Origin: Eledone cirrhosa
Taxonomy: Eukaryota
Assembly: GCA_964016885.1 (NCBI GenBank)
Contig: OZ024745.1
Span: 7,192,001-7,256,000, forward strand
Direction: 5' to 3'
DNA: 64,000 nucleotides
Part shown: one piece after another, positions 35,451-48,618 of the stretch
Numbering within the stretch: the first letter of the stretch is position 1
Layout: each line of letters starts with the position of its first letter
Made by a program: the position numbers and the translations under genes
Notes under the pieces: model-generated
The model's database searches: none
What the model was told of the DNA's origin: nothing
Seen by the model: the letters and a program-made list of their open reading frames with translations, nothing else

Positions 35451-38269
35451 TTGCCTTTCATCCTTTCAAGTTCCAGTACTGGATGGATTGTGACAGACCA
35501 AGTGGAGCTACTGACCTCACAGATGGTCAAGAGGCCAGCATCTTGCTTACATAACATCCTCACACTCTACTGAGTGCTTTCTATTGTACTTTCTTTTGAG
35601 ATTTTAAAACATAGCAGATCTTTTTTACAATGGGGTGTTGAATTTAACTTGACGTTTCTTGCTAAGATGGATTCTTCATCATAAACTTGCAATAGACTAT
35701 CACACTTTCTTGAGAAATATTGTCATGTCTCTGTTTCTCCTCCTTTCATTTATGAATAACAATTGTTTCTAACCTAGCCACATATCCAAAAATTTGAGAA
35801 GAGGACAATTATATCAACCTCAGCAGGATTTGAACTCTTAAAGGGATGTAGCTAAATATTGTAAAGCTGTCTTGATACTTTTAACATTCTATCATAGCTC
35901 AATGGCAGTGCTCATGTATTATTAATACACACTCAATAGCACTTTGATGCTCTACCAATTCTATCAATCCCAAATCAATGGCAATATTGATTGTATAGTT
36001 TATAGATCTCATAACTGTTTCAATGATTGAGAGTTCTAGTTGTTTGTTCATCAGATGTAGTGAAAGTGGTTGCGTACTCCACAGTTTTATCCTCAGACAT
36101 GACACTGTATATAAAGATGGATGTTTGAATTAGAAGCACAAACCATACAACCAACTTGTCATTTAATTTCCATCTCTCCTAGATTGTGATTGAACCCACA
36201 ACTTGGTTGAGAAGTTGACTTATGCTTTGAAATACTAGACACAATCAAATTGGAATATGTCTTGAGGGTAGCATATATATACTTAGAAATACACACATGT
36301 ACACGCAGTCTTTGCTATCTGCACTTATATTAAATGTTGCTTATACCAGTAGTCATGGTAATATGTAGATATTTTTCTTTATTTTTTATTCTTTAACTTT
36401 TGCTTCTTATTTCTCCTACAGTTGTTCAGTGAAGCTTGGGCTTGAGAAAGAAGCTAGCCACATTCACAGACACACACATACACACAGCCAGACACACACA
36501 TACACACAGCCAGACACACACACAGGGTTACACCCACCCTTCTCCCACCCAAAGAAGTTACTAACAGACATCAAAGAACATATTCTTGGCCCACCTGGAA
36601 TCTCTTTGAAAACAAAAAACAAAGAAAAATGAAAATGAGAAATGAAAGAGAACATACTAAACAAATTTCTAGATAGATGAATGTCTTATGTATGTCTGTG
36701 TGTGTGTGGATGTATGTCTGTGTGTGTGTGTGTGTGTATGTATGTCTGTATATGTGAATGTGTGTATGTATGTGGATGTATGAGTTAACAACATAAAAAC
36801 AACAAGAATTAATTGCTTGTTTTATTTGCTAATGTTTTTTTTATGTTTATTCTTTGGTTTTGTTGTGTGTTTGCCTAATATGTGAAATATAAAACCCAAG
36901 TGCATGCCTGTGTGAAGAGTCGACTGGGACAAAAAAGATCTTTTTCGCTTTGATCTTTCCTTCCGACTTGAAAATCTTAATGCTTGTTGAACTTTTACTG
37001 AAAAAGAGAGAAAGAAAACAACAACAGTAATAAAATATAATAATAATAATGATGATGATAAGCAGAGTGAGATGTCCTTTCCCACCTCACCATTCTCCAT
37101 TTATTACAAGGCATAGTATAAACATCTGTAGCCTTTCTGCAGAACCTTCTGATTAATAGAAAGCTAAAGTTATTCCATTCTAACATTCAACTTGATACGG
37201 TTGTCACCATCCTGTTTATATTTTAGTTTACTTCTTTACTTGTCCTTTAAAAACACCCTCAACCTGATAGTGTGTACGTATGTCTGTGTGTGTGTGTGTT
37301 TACATCTGTGCAGTTGTTCTATGTAGAATTTGACAACGATAACCAGTAAGTACACATATGTAACAATATTATATCTGCAGCTAAAAAACACAAAGATTGC
37401 ATTGTTCAAACACAACTTATGCACTCAAACAAACATGCATATCCTTCATACACACAACCATATGCACATCCTTTGCCTTTTAAACATCATCATCGACATA
37501 AACACAGCTTATATACAGAAACATATGCACATCCTTTGCTGTCTAATCATCATAATCATCAATCAGGCAAAATTGTTTTGTGTATGATTTGCTTTAAAAA
37601 AAAAAGTTTGGAACCAACAAGAAATGTGGCACAAGTTTATTTGAGCTGCTATAAGTAGCAGCTAAACATCTGTTAAATCATAACCCTTCTTAGATTACAG
37701 AATAGGATTCTTTAGACATTGTAGTCCCCAATATACAAAAATATGGAAAGGTCATGGTTGGAATGTCTTTGATTAAAGGGTCTAAGTCTGGTATTTTTAT
37801 CTCTTTTTGTAGAACGACTAAGTTACGGGATATAAACACCGACATAAACATACATACACACACGCATACAGACCGATATATACACATACACAGACCGATA
37901 CATACACACATACACAGACCGATATATACACACATACACAGACCGGTATACACACACACCGGTATACACACACACCGGTATACACACACACACACAGACT
38001 ATGACCATACTGGGACACCACCATGAAGGTATTTAGTAATTCAGTAATTAATTTTTCAAGTCTGACACTTATTTTATTGATCTCTTTGTAAAACTGTTAT
38101 GTGATAAGACATAAACACAGACACATACACATACACACACAGATACATACACATACAAACACACACATACACATACAAAACAGATGCATACACATACAAA
38201 CACAGACACATACATACACATACAAACACAGACACATTCAGACACATACACATACATATTTATATATAA

Positions 38270-38410
38270 TACCAGAAGCTTCTGTAGTCTACCAAATTTC
38301 ATTCACAAAACATTGGTCAACGTGAAGTTATACAAAACACTTGGTCCCGTTCAGTAGAAGTAAACAAAGAACCACGTTGTAAAGCGAACTCCTTTAATCC
38401 ACACAGCCTA
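38270..38410 (-). mobile_element. Old SINE remnant (family 3)
   Basis: Similar to 40400-40505 and 47730-47845 (..CCTTGTGAATGGAATTTGGTAGA..). Confidence 0.45.
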
Positions 38411-39002
38411 CACCTATATGTTGGCTGATTCTATTTTCTTTTAAATGAGCTGTAGTAATTATCCAGAGATTATTTAAAATGTCAATTTCTTTGTTAATTA
38501 TCTAATTACAATGAATTATTGCTCATAATTGGTTTGTTTTTGGTTTTGATGACGTTATTATTTTTAATTGATAACACTTGAGGAGGACATTAAATCCATA
38601 TTCATCAATTTTCTGATTATATTGTCTCTATAAATGTTGCATGCCCCTACATTCCCCTTTAAACTATCCTATTTCCTTTATTTTGGAATGTCTTATGTAG
38701 AATCTATTTTGTAGTGAACATGTGTTTGTTTTGTAGAAGCACCTCTGTCTGTCTGTTTCTCTGTGAAAGAGAGAGAGAGAGATTGGTAACACAACATATA
38801 TATGATTCGGTGTGTAATTATTCCATGTTGCACCTCATCATGGTCACAGCCCATACATTAAAACTAAAGAAAACCGTTACCTTATAACAGAACATGGAAA
38901 CATGTTTACGTTTCTCTAAGTATGTACACCTGTTGTTCCTGCAACATTATGTAATATATATGAACCTATTGTAAAGTGCTGACATATATATATATGTTTT
39001 TA

Positions 39003-39699
39003 AACAGTGTTGTTGTTGTGTAACTGGAGGTCAGTTCTAATGGAGCAGCCCTGTACCATGTATGTAGAGAACAGTGTTGTTGTGTAACTGGAGGTCAGTT
39101 CTAATGGAGCAGCCCTGTACCATGTATGTAGAGAACAGTGTTGTTGTGTAACTGGAGGTCAGTTCTAATGGAGCAGCCCTGTACCATGTATGTAGAGAAC
39201 AGTGTTGTTGTGTAACTGGAGGTCAGTTCTATGGAGCAGCCCTGTACCATGTATGTAGAGAACAGTGTTGTTGTGTAACTGGAGGTCAGTTCTAATGGAG
39301 CAGCCCTGTACCATGTATGTAGAGAACAGTGTTGTTGTGTAACTGGAGGTCAGTTCTATGGAGCAGCCCTGTACCATGTATGTAGAGAACAGTGTTGTTG
39401 TGTAACTGGAGGTCAGTTCTATGGAGCAGCCCTGTACCATGTATGTAGAGAACAGTGTTGTTGTGTAACTGGAGGTCAGTTCTATGGAGCAGCCCTGTAC
39501 CATGTATGTAGAGAACAGTGTTGTTGTGTAACTGGAGGTCAGTTCTATGGAGCAGCCCTGTACCATGTATGTAGAGAACAGTGTTGTTGTGTAACTGGAG
39601 GTCAGTTCTATGGAGCAGCCCTGTACCATGTATGTAGAGAACAGTGTTGTTGTGTAACTGGAGGTCAGTTCTATGGAGCAGCCCTGTACCATGTATGTA
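39003..39699. repeat. 63/64-bp minisatellite, about 11 units
   Basis: Unit AGAACAGTGTTGTTGTGTAACTGGAGGTCAGTTCTATGGAGCAGCCCTGTACCATGTATGTAG. Confidence 0.95.
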
Positions 39700-39833
39700 C
39701 TCAACAGAACAACTGCAGTCCTCTAATTTTGTTATAGAAGTTGTAGTATTTTATAAAGTTTACATGTATTCGGAACATTTTGCTGTTTACTGCAAAATAA
39801 CGAAGACTGTGTGTGTATATGTATATATATATC

Positions 39834-39877
<44 letters not shown>

Positions 39878-39882
39878 TAGGT

Positions 39883-40085
39883 ATAATTCTGACTGTGGCA
39901 CCAAGCGTGTGTGTATATATATATATAATCATTATCATAGTTTTTTTTAAGCGGACATAAAAACGATGATGATGATATATATATACACACACGCTTGGCG
40001 CCGCGGTCAGGATTATCTCTCTCCCTCTCTCTCTATATATATATATAAATATACACACACATGCTTGGTGCCATGGTCAGGATTA

Positions 40086-40143
<58 letters not shown>

Positions 40144-40169
40144 TGCTTGGTGCCGTGGTCAGGATTATA

Positions 40170-40210
<41 letters not shown>

Positions 40211-40253
40211 TCATCATCATCATCATCATTTTACGTCCGCTTTTCCCTGCTTG

Positions 40254-40299
<46 letters not shown>

Positions 40300-40360
40300 G
40301 CTTGGTGCCGTGGTCAGGATTATATCTCTCACATATGCTTGACGCCGCAGTTAGATTACA
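39883..40360. repeat. Compound repeat: a short constant motif alternating with (TC)n(TA)n(CA)n
   Basis: GCTTGGTGCCGTGGTCAGGATTAT about 5 times on +, once inverted at 39883-39906. A related copy lies at about 30340. Confidence 0.75.
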
Positions 40361-40399
40361 CCTATCTCTCTCTCTCTATATATATATATATGTGCACAG

Positions 40400-40630
40400 G
40401 TTCAGTAATGCTGCGTGATATCTTGGACAAGTGCCTTTTACTAATGTCTTGAGTGGACCAATCCCTTGTGAATGGAATTTGGTAAAGGGAAACTGCTGAA
40501 GCCTATTGGATATGAGTGCGTGTCCCCATGTTTTGTTTCGTAACTTAATGGTTCGATAAAAAGTGATTGATAAAATATGTACTGGGATCAATGTCGACTT
40601 AATGAAAGTGGTGCCCCAGCATGACCAAAA
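40400..40630 (+). mobile_element. Old SINE remnant (family 3)
   Basis: GGTTCAGT...CTTGGACAAGTG...CCTTGTGAATGGAATTTGGTA; related to 47730 and 38270. Confidence 0.5.
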
Positions 40631-43149
40631 TCTAATGAATGATTCAAGTAAATGAGTATACCTTTTAATGTTGCTGCTGGTCCCTGAAATCAATAACTTA
40701 GTTCTGCATATTTGGTTATGATGAGTTAATATTGTAAACACATTTATACAGGAACTGTTGACAATCTTCAAATGATGACAAACCTTCCATTAGTTTCGTA
40801 TTTTACACACCTATAATCACATACTATATTGTTTTCATTGTACGACGGTTGTAAACATGCGCAACACACCTTCAACTTGTTTGGTTTATTTACATCTCTT
40901 GACAATTATTTCCTCTATTTCCATATCTGCGACAATTATCATTGTTTTAGCCAACATGTCAAGAACTTCGCAATAAGCCGATAATCTTGCATCAATTTGC
41001 ATGTTGGTAAGTTCCTGTTCTTAATTAGAAACTCTTGTGCAATAAACACATGTGTACCTTTGCAAGCTAAAGTTGTTTCTACTGGTTGTATTACGCTTTA
41101 CGTTACACCAGCCAGCTGTCTGCATACAACACGCCTACAATCAAGTCACCGCCCATAAAGTGTTAACACGCCCAGAAATCGAACCTTCCCTCAAGCTTTC
41201 TCGTACATCTGCCACTCAGAACTATTTACCGCAAATATTTTTCAACTCTGCCATAATTTAACTTGGGAAGAGGTTGCGGATTTTACCAAATTTATTAAAT
41301 TTTCTCTTGTTAACATTATTGTTGTGTAGAAAATAAAACTTAGCGAGGCATTTCTGCAACAGATATCTTTGTTTTTTTCAAACTTGTTTTTATTTCGAGC
41401 GTATTTTTGTTGTGAAGTTTCTTTGATAAGTTCTACTTAATTTGGTGTTTGCCATTTCAAATGGTTTTAATCTAGTAGCAGTTTATTATATAAATACTTA
41501 GAATCTGAAAAATATTACTTCTAAACATTATACATATGAAATAATAATATAATTGTTTCCTTGTGTATGTGTGTGCGCGCATGTGTATATGCGTGTGTAT
41601 GTGTGTGCGCGCACACACATACACATACACATGCACACACTCCATGCTTAAATTATCAGGCATATCTAAAAGTTTTTTTAATGTACTGAATGAAGTCAGG
41701 CATAAAATTTTGATTCACTTTGCATGAAAGATTAAACGCATTATATAATATTTTTACTTCTTTGATGTCGACCCAATGAGGGGGCCTCTAGTGTTCGCTC
41801 AGCCTACTGGAAATAGCTGATGAATATGCCTCAAATTACACTTCACTTTTTTATGAAAAGATAAGCATATTAGATAATGTAGTCCTATAGACTTCTAAAA
41901 AGATGCAATGGCCATAGTTGGAACGTCTTTCATGATAAGTCTGCTTTCATCAGGGTTTGCTTCGGCCTAAACAACAACTTCAATTTATTTTGAGAAAAAA
42001 TACTTTCAACGAACATTCCTTAAGTACTTGTTTTCTGTTAGCTTTATTGCCAAAATTGATTTTCTCGTGGTTATAATAAACTAGAAAAACTAGAATTTAA
42101 ATGTTACTAACATTGAACATTTTAGAAACTCTATAAATTCCATATATAATATCTAATGTAATAACCTATATTTTACTATTTCAAAGGTGTTGTACTTTTG
42201 ATGAATATTAATACTATTATAGCTAATATTGAATTGAAACAGTTTACATATGATTCTATTAAGATAGCTATGATCATGGCCATCAAGATATTTGGAATAA
42301 TATCCTTATCTAACAAGTTCAGTTGAGCTTGGACCCTTTGACACATGTTATTTAATAGATTATACTGTAAAAGAATACACAGTAAGATGTGTGTATTGCC
42401 CCTCCAATGACACCCAAATTACATAATGACATAGCATTAGTTTCATGACAAAATTATCCAATTAACCCTGTAAGAGTACCACACTGGTGCCATGACAATA
42501 ACCAGTCGACCAGTCCATCCTGTAAGATGTGCCATGACAAAAAGCAGTCAGTCCATCCTGTAAGGTGGTTGTATTGGTGTGATAACAAAAAGCACCCTGG
42601 TAAGTGGTTAGCATTAGGGATGGCATCCATCCAGAGAAAAGCAAGCCAGAAACAGAGCATATGAGCAAGGTGTGGTCACCTGACCTGTATGGCCTCATAA
42701 CAAGACAACTTGTTTAACTCATGCAAGCATGGAAAATAGATGTTAAATAATGATTATATATATATAATCACCTCTGTTTAATGTCTATTTTCATGGTTGC
42801 AAGGATTAGACAAGTCAGATGATCATGTCCTGCTCATATGGATCTGTTTTTTGGCTTGATTTCTATAGCTGGATGCCCTTCCTAACACCATATATGGTGA
42901 TATATAATTGGAGTAACAAAAGAAATGTTTTCTATTCAACATAAAGTTGACCACCATGTGAAATATAGAACTGGTATATATGGTCCAAGAGGTATTTATT
43001 GAAAGCTATGTTGACATTGAAAAATGTGAATTGCCATTAGTAAATTTTTTCCAATAGCTTATTTCAATCCTGCTGTCTTATAATGATGAACAATTACATC
43101 CCCCCACCCCCAACTTTACTTCAAATCTTCTTTTTCACCCACTTATTCC

Positions 43150-43385
43150 TAAGAGGGACGTAGTGACAAGATCTTCAAGCACTCCCTCCAGCAGGTCATG
43201 TCAGAAGTAATCGTCTCCAACTGATCTGGCTGGATCCCCAAGCAAGACCAACCAAGCTCATGGATATTATCCAACCATCTTACTCAGGGTCTACCTCTGG
43301 GTCTCCTGTCAGTTGGTTTTGCCCATAAAATCTGTCCAGTGATTCTTTCCTGAGACATTCTAACCACATGTCCATAGTATCTAAC
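43150..43385 (-). mobile_element. Old RTE (Expander/Rex3-like) C-terminal fragment
   Basis: Manual translation YGHVVRMSQERITGQILWAKPTDRRPRGRP*VRWLDNIHELGWSCLGIQPDQL...WRECLKILSLRP. Confidence 0.65.
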
Positions 43386-43434
43386 ATTATTTCTTTAAAA
43401 CTTGACATTATTTGAACAACTTTCCTTAAATATT

Positions 43435-43619
43435 TGTTTCTACTTTAGGCACAAGGCCAGCAATTACGCAGTACATTACTGGTACTTTATTTTATGGACC
43501 CCGTAAGGATGAAAGGCAAAGTTAACCTCAGCGGGATTTGAACTCAGACTGTAAAGGGACGTAACTATGCTAGAAAGCATGGCGTCCAACCCTCTACCGA
43601 TACTGCCAATTCACCGCCC
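43435..43619 (-). mobile_element. tRNA-derived SINE (family 1) with a ~15-bp TSD
   Basis: CTTTCCTTAAATATT on both sides (43420-43434 and 43620-43634). Confidence 0.9.
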
Positions 43620-43648
43620 CTTTCCTTAAATATTAGCAGTTAGTGTGT

Positions 43649-43815
43649 GAGGACTAGCTGAAAAGTTCATAGGCCGACTTTGAAGGAAAGAGCTCTGAAA
43701 TCTTGCACGCATTAATTTCAACTCTTATTAAAACTGCAGTTTCTTTCTAGGGATTATGTTGAAAAATAAACCTCATTAGTTATTCCATGAGAGTATCTTG
43801 GTCAGCCTATGGACT
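43649..43815. mobile_element. Possible mariner-type MITE remnant
   Basis: GAGGACTAGCTGAAAAGTTCATAGGCCGAC with a partial inverted copy GTCAGCCTATGGACT. Confidence 0.35.
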
Positions 43816-44001
43816 GACCTTGTCTGTGGTGCCACTACTTCAGTTGACAGGTGTTGTATTAAGCAAACTTTGGTTTGTGTATTAAAGGTTTTCTTCCTCT
43901 CACATGTGTTGGAAGCCTTGGGAAAAGATGCTGCTTGTTTCCTTCTAAGTCCTAAGAAATAAAAAAAGGGGTTAGTTTAATGCTTATCTATTCCATTTAC
44001 A

Positions 44002-44318
44002 GTTAATGAATGAGGTTCAGGTTAATGAAAGAGATTCAGGTTAATGAAAGAGGTTCAGGTTAATGAAAGAGGTTCAGGTTAATGAAAGAGGTTCAGGTTA
44101 ATGAATGAGGTTCAGGTTAATGAATGAGGTTCAGGTTAATGAATGAGGTTCAGGTTAATGAATGAGGTTCAGGTTAATGAATGAGGTTCAGGTTAATGAA
44201 TGAGGTTCAGGTTAATGAATGAGGTTCAGGTTAATGAATGAGGTTCAGGTTAATGAATGAGGTTCAGGTTAATGAATGAGGTTCAGGTTAATGAATGAGG
44301 TTCAGGTTAATGAATGAG
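44002..44318. repeat. 19-bp minisatellite, about 16 units
   Basis: Unit GTTAATGAATGAGGTTCAG. Confidence 0.95.
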
Positions 44319-47259
44319 ATGGCTGGGAGTCAATGTAGTATATTGGAAGTATACATTATCATGAAATCTCTTCCATAAGTCTGGGTTATAGTATCAGGGC
44401 TGCCCTGATCAAACTGTTCCAGCTGTGACCACCCCATCTTTTTGTATATCAATAATTACAGAGTCAAATATGTCCTACCTTTCTTTTTTAAAAGAGAGTA
44501 GTGTGTGATTTGACTGCTATTTATAGCTTCTTCTTGTGCATCATCTGTATGTTAGAAGTTTCAAAGATTTACATTACATCTTCTGTAGGCTTTTAGGATC
44601 ACTTATTTATTTCATTAAATTCATAGACCTTCATATGATTTCTACTCTGAACTATAAAGCATAGGGTTGAAATAGTGTGAAATATTCTTCTTCTAAAGCA
44701 GAGTAATCTGCCTACTTGCCAAGATACTTATTTACTCTCTACATCTTTAACCCCTTCGTTGTGCTGTGTATATTCACAGTAATTTCAATGACATTTTCTT
44801 CACAACTTTCTATTACCATTCCTTCACTATTACACATTATTTACTCCAGTTGTTTCTTTTTGCCACCACCATTGTCTTCATATCAATCTATACAAACTTT
44901 CTTTATTAGATTGCATCAATTTTTACTTCTGTCCATTTTTGGTGGGTTCTATTTCATTTCAAAAACAAATGGATCTCTACACCATCTCTTTAGCTGTTAG
45001 AAATAACAGCTAAATTTCCCACAAATCATACCCTACCAACTTAAAATAAAAAAAGATCACATATTGCATAACATAACTTTAAATGGACCATAGTTGAATA
45101 AATATCATTGGTCTGTTTGATCAGGGTTGACCTGGGGTTAAACATTGTAACAATGTCACACAACAACACCTATATCTTGTTAACATTACAAGCTATAGAC
45201 ATCACCTTTCTGTTAACTGTGAATGAAAATATTAAAAAAATAATATGCATAAAATACATGGGGTAAATATTTTGCTGATGAATGGCAGCACTTGTGTATA
45301 TTATTAGAAACAGCTGCAATGGACTTAAGTGTGTCTTCTCATTTGTGTTACATCAGCAACACTGAAGTATGGTAATTAAAAAGTTAACAGATAGAAGTCA
45401 GTATTCAACTCACACATGCTGTCTCTCACACACACTTATACACACACATGCTCTCTCTCACACACACTTATACACACACATGCTCTCTCTCACACACACA
45501 CACATAATGGTCATATGTTTAGTGTGTGCTATTAATGCTCTTCAATGCTATTTATATCTATTGCATATTTTCTACACTATTTATAAACATAAATGCTATC
45601 GTCTTCTAAATAGATCCTCTTTCACTATGCAAGGTATTCACAGTGTTGACAATATTAAGCTGTATAAAACTGATTAAGGACAATGGATGATAGGATCAGA
45701 AGAACAAGAAAATGATTTCTTTAGTTTACAACTACATTCTGTTTTGAGGTCTCACCAAAGTTAATTTAGGTTTTTGTCATTCTGGTGTAGATAAACTAAT
45801 ACCAGTAATGTACTGGGATTGATTAAATTGATTGCACCCTTCTTCACATTTGTTCGACCAGTAGCATCATTGTCACCATTTTATGTGTTTTTCTATGATT
45901 ACATGGGTTAGACAGTTCTTCCCCAACAGAGTGTCTCACCACTTATTGCAGTCCTTTGCCATTTCCTATTTAAAAGGTTCAGCCTTTAGCACTTCTTTCC
46001 ATGTCTTCCTGTTTAGTAAGTTCCTTCCAACTAGATCATTTGGCACTTCTTTACCCAATTCTCATCCTCCATATGCATCACATTTCTATACCAGTACAAT
46101 CTTCTCTCATGCATACTACCTCTGATTTTTCTTATACCAGTTTTTCTCAGCTCATTTCTTCTTTGTCATACATGTACATCAATATTACATATCCAATGAA
46201 GCATGCTTCCTTCATTTTGTTTCAGCCTTTGGGCAACATTAAATGTCGACTTGCATCATACAATTTGCCCATCAGAATCTCTTTGTTACCAGGGATAATT
46301 GCTCCCTGAACATTTCCCACCTTATTCTTACTGTTATGTTTTTGGAACACTTTCTGCCATTACTAATTATGTCACCTACGTAAGAGATATTGAACTACTT
46401 CAATGGAGCTCTCTGACTTCTCAAGTACTTCTTCCAAGGGGTTCTTGTCAGAAGCAACTGTCTCCAAGACCAGCTGATATTTGATTTATCAACTATAAGG
46501 TGAGGAATGACAGTCAACTCTGCTTATAGCGATGATTCATTATCATTTTCCTTGGTAGCATTACAAACCATGTCAAATATCTCAAATAGGTTAGGGGCTT
46601 GCACCTCACTTACATATGTTCACTCATTCTAACAAATGTTCAGATGGACTGGTAGCCCATATCTCACCTACATACATTGGCACTAGCACGGTTGTCATGT
46701 CTTTGACACACTTCAACACTTCAAGAGACTCTTTGCTTGGCTGGACACCTTTCATATTACCACTTTACAAGAGTGTATTGAGTGCATTTATTGTCTAAAC
46801 CACTAACACTGGAGAGTCCTTTTGACCCTTTTTTGGTATGGTTTCTATGGCTGGATGACCTTTCTATCACCAACCACCTTACAAGGTGTATTGGGTGTAG
46901 TTGGCAGCAACCCTAGAGAAGTTGTATGATAGTATAGTTTCTAAGTGTCCTGAGGGCATTATTGAGACAAATTTATAGAAGGTTGAGTGAAAGTCTTGTA
47001 CATTGCTGTATATATTTTATGGGTGTAACTGTATAAAAGGTTGATAATTCTTTTTGATACATTGCACAAGATCAGAAAATTGGGGAAAAAGGGAAAAGTC
47101 AATTATATCAACCCTAGTATTTTATTTTATTGACCTGGAAGAATGAAAGTCAAAGTTGACCTAAGTGGGATTTGATCTCAAAATGTAAAAAGTTGTTACT
47201 AAATACCGCAAGACATTTTGTCTGTTGCTCTACTGATCCACTGTCCTAAGGTTGGTAAT

Positions 47260-47439
47260 AATTGTTTCTATATTTGGCAAAAGGCCAGCAGCGTTACTGG
47301 TACTTTATTTTATCTACCCTGTACAGATGAAAGGCAAAGCTAACTTTGGCAGCATTTGAACTCAGACCATGAAGGGCCATAAGTCTATGCTACAAAGCAT
47401 GGTATCTGACGCTCTACCGATCTTACTGCCATTCCACCA
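47260..47439 (-). mobile_element. tRNA-derived SINE (family 1, diverged)
   Basis: Matches the family 1 sequence with more substitutions. Confidence 0.75.
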
Positions 47440-47972
47440 GTAATATTAATAATTCTAAGTTTGGTCAATTTCACTGGAGTGTGGGAAATTACATCACTGA
47501 CTGACTGGTAACTATTTTAGTGATCCTGAGAGATGTAAAGGTAATTATGGGGATTTTTAATATTGGCATAAGGTGAAAAATTTAGAGAGAAGGATACATT
47601 ATTACATCATCCCTGGATTAATGAAAGACAAATTAGACCCTCCTGGTTAATTGAGATGACGAGTTGTCATCAACATATTTATGTTACTATGTATATTGGT
47701 TTCTTTCGATGCTGTTTGAAGTGGGTGTCAGCATGACTCTGTGGTTAAGAAGTTCGTTTTGTAACCACATGGTTGTAGGTTCAATCCTACCGTATGACAT
47801 CAGTCAACCAAAACCTTGCAAGTAGAATTTGCTTGATGGAAATTTGACATGTGCGGTGGAGGTTTGGCTTTGAAGGATGTACTTGATTTTATGACACTGT
47901 CATCTGACCTACAACAGGACAACTCATCTAATCCATTCTAGCGTGGAAATATGTTAAACAGTGATGATGATG

Positions 47973-48618
47973 TTTTGTGGGGTTGATTGTAGGATTATTG
48001 GTTTGTGCTTGCTTGAGGTTATGATGTAGTTTACATTCTATTAACATTCTATTGGGCTAGGTTGTCAGGTTTAATCTAGGTCTTCTAATTTCTATTTCAC
48101 TGGCCTCTCTGATTTGCCTATCTGCTGGGTCATTTCTATGTTTAGATATTATTCTAATTTCTATGTTGTCTATGTTACCGTCATGTTGTTGTCTAGCATG
48201 TTCGTATAGTACTGACCCGTTTTTTCGTCCTTTTAGTTCCCCCCAGTGTTGGTCTATCCTTTCACCTATGCTGCGAGCTGTCTCACCTATGTATGTTGTT
48301 GTCATGTTCCTGCAAGTACCCTCTGTACATCTTATGCTATAGACTACGTTTCTAGTTTTACAGTTTATCCGGGGGTTCACCTTACATATGATACAATTCC
48401 TATTAGTACAGTGGGTTTTCTTAAAAGGGTAGGTTTTGCTGATCAGGGATTTTATGGTGGTTCCTAGCTTTTCTACCACCTTTATTTTTAAGTGGGTCTT
48501 TCTCAGGGCCTTTCTACACTGGTTAGCTAATTTCCCTCCAGGGGTAGCATCCACAAACATGACACTCTGGTATCTCTGATTGTCGTACCATGAGGTGGCT
48601 TTCCCTATCTTATGTCTA
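47973..48618 (-). mobile_element. Penelope-like fragment with a GIY-YIG ORF (48057-48560)
   Basis: VVYSIRC...YIGETARSIGERIDQH...RQIREASEI...P.LN; paralog of 3403-4362. Confidence 0.85.

Noticed and set aside
39003-39704. 179-aa repetitive ORF, or a CRISPR-like array
   Set aside because: The 63-bp unit is a multiple of 3, so an open frame is expected by chance. 64-bp units break the frame, and there are no spacers.
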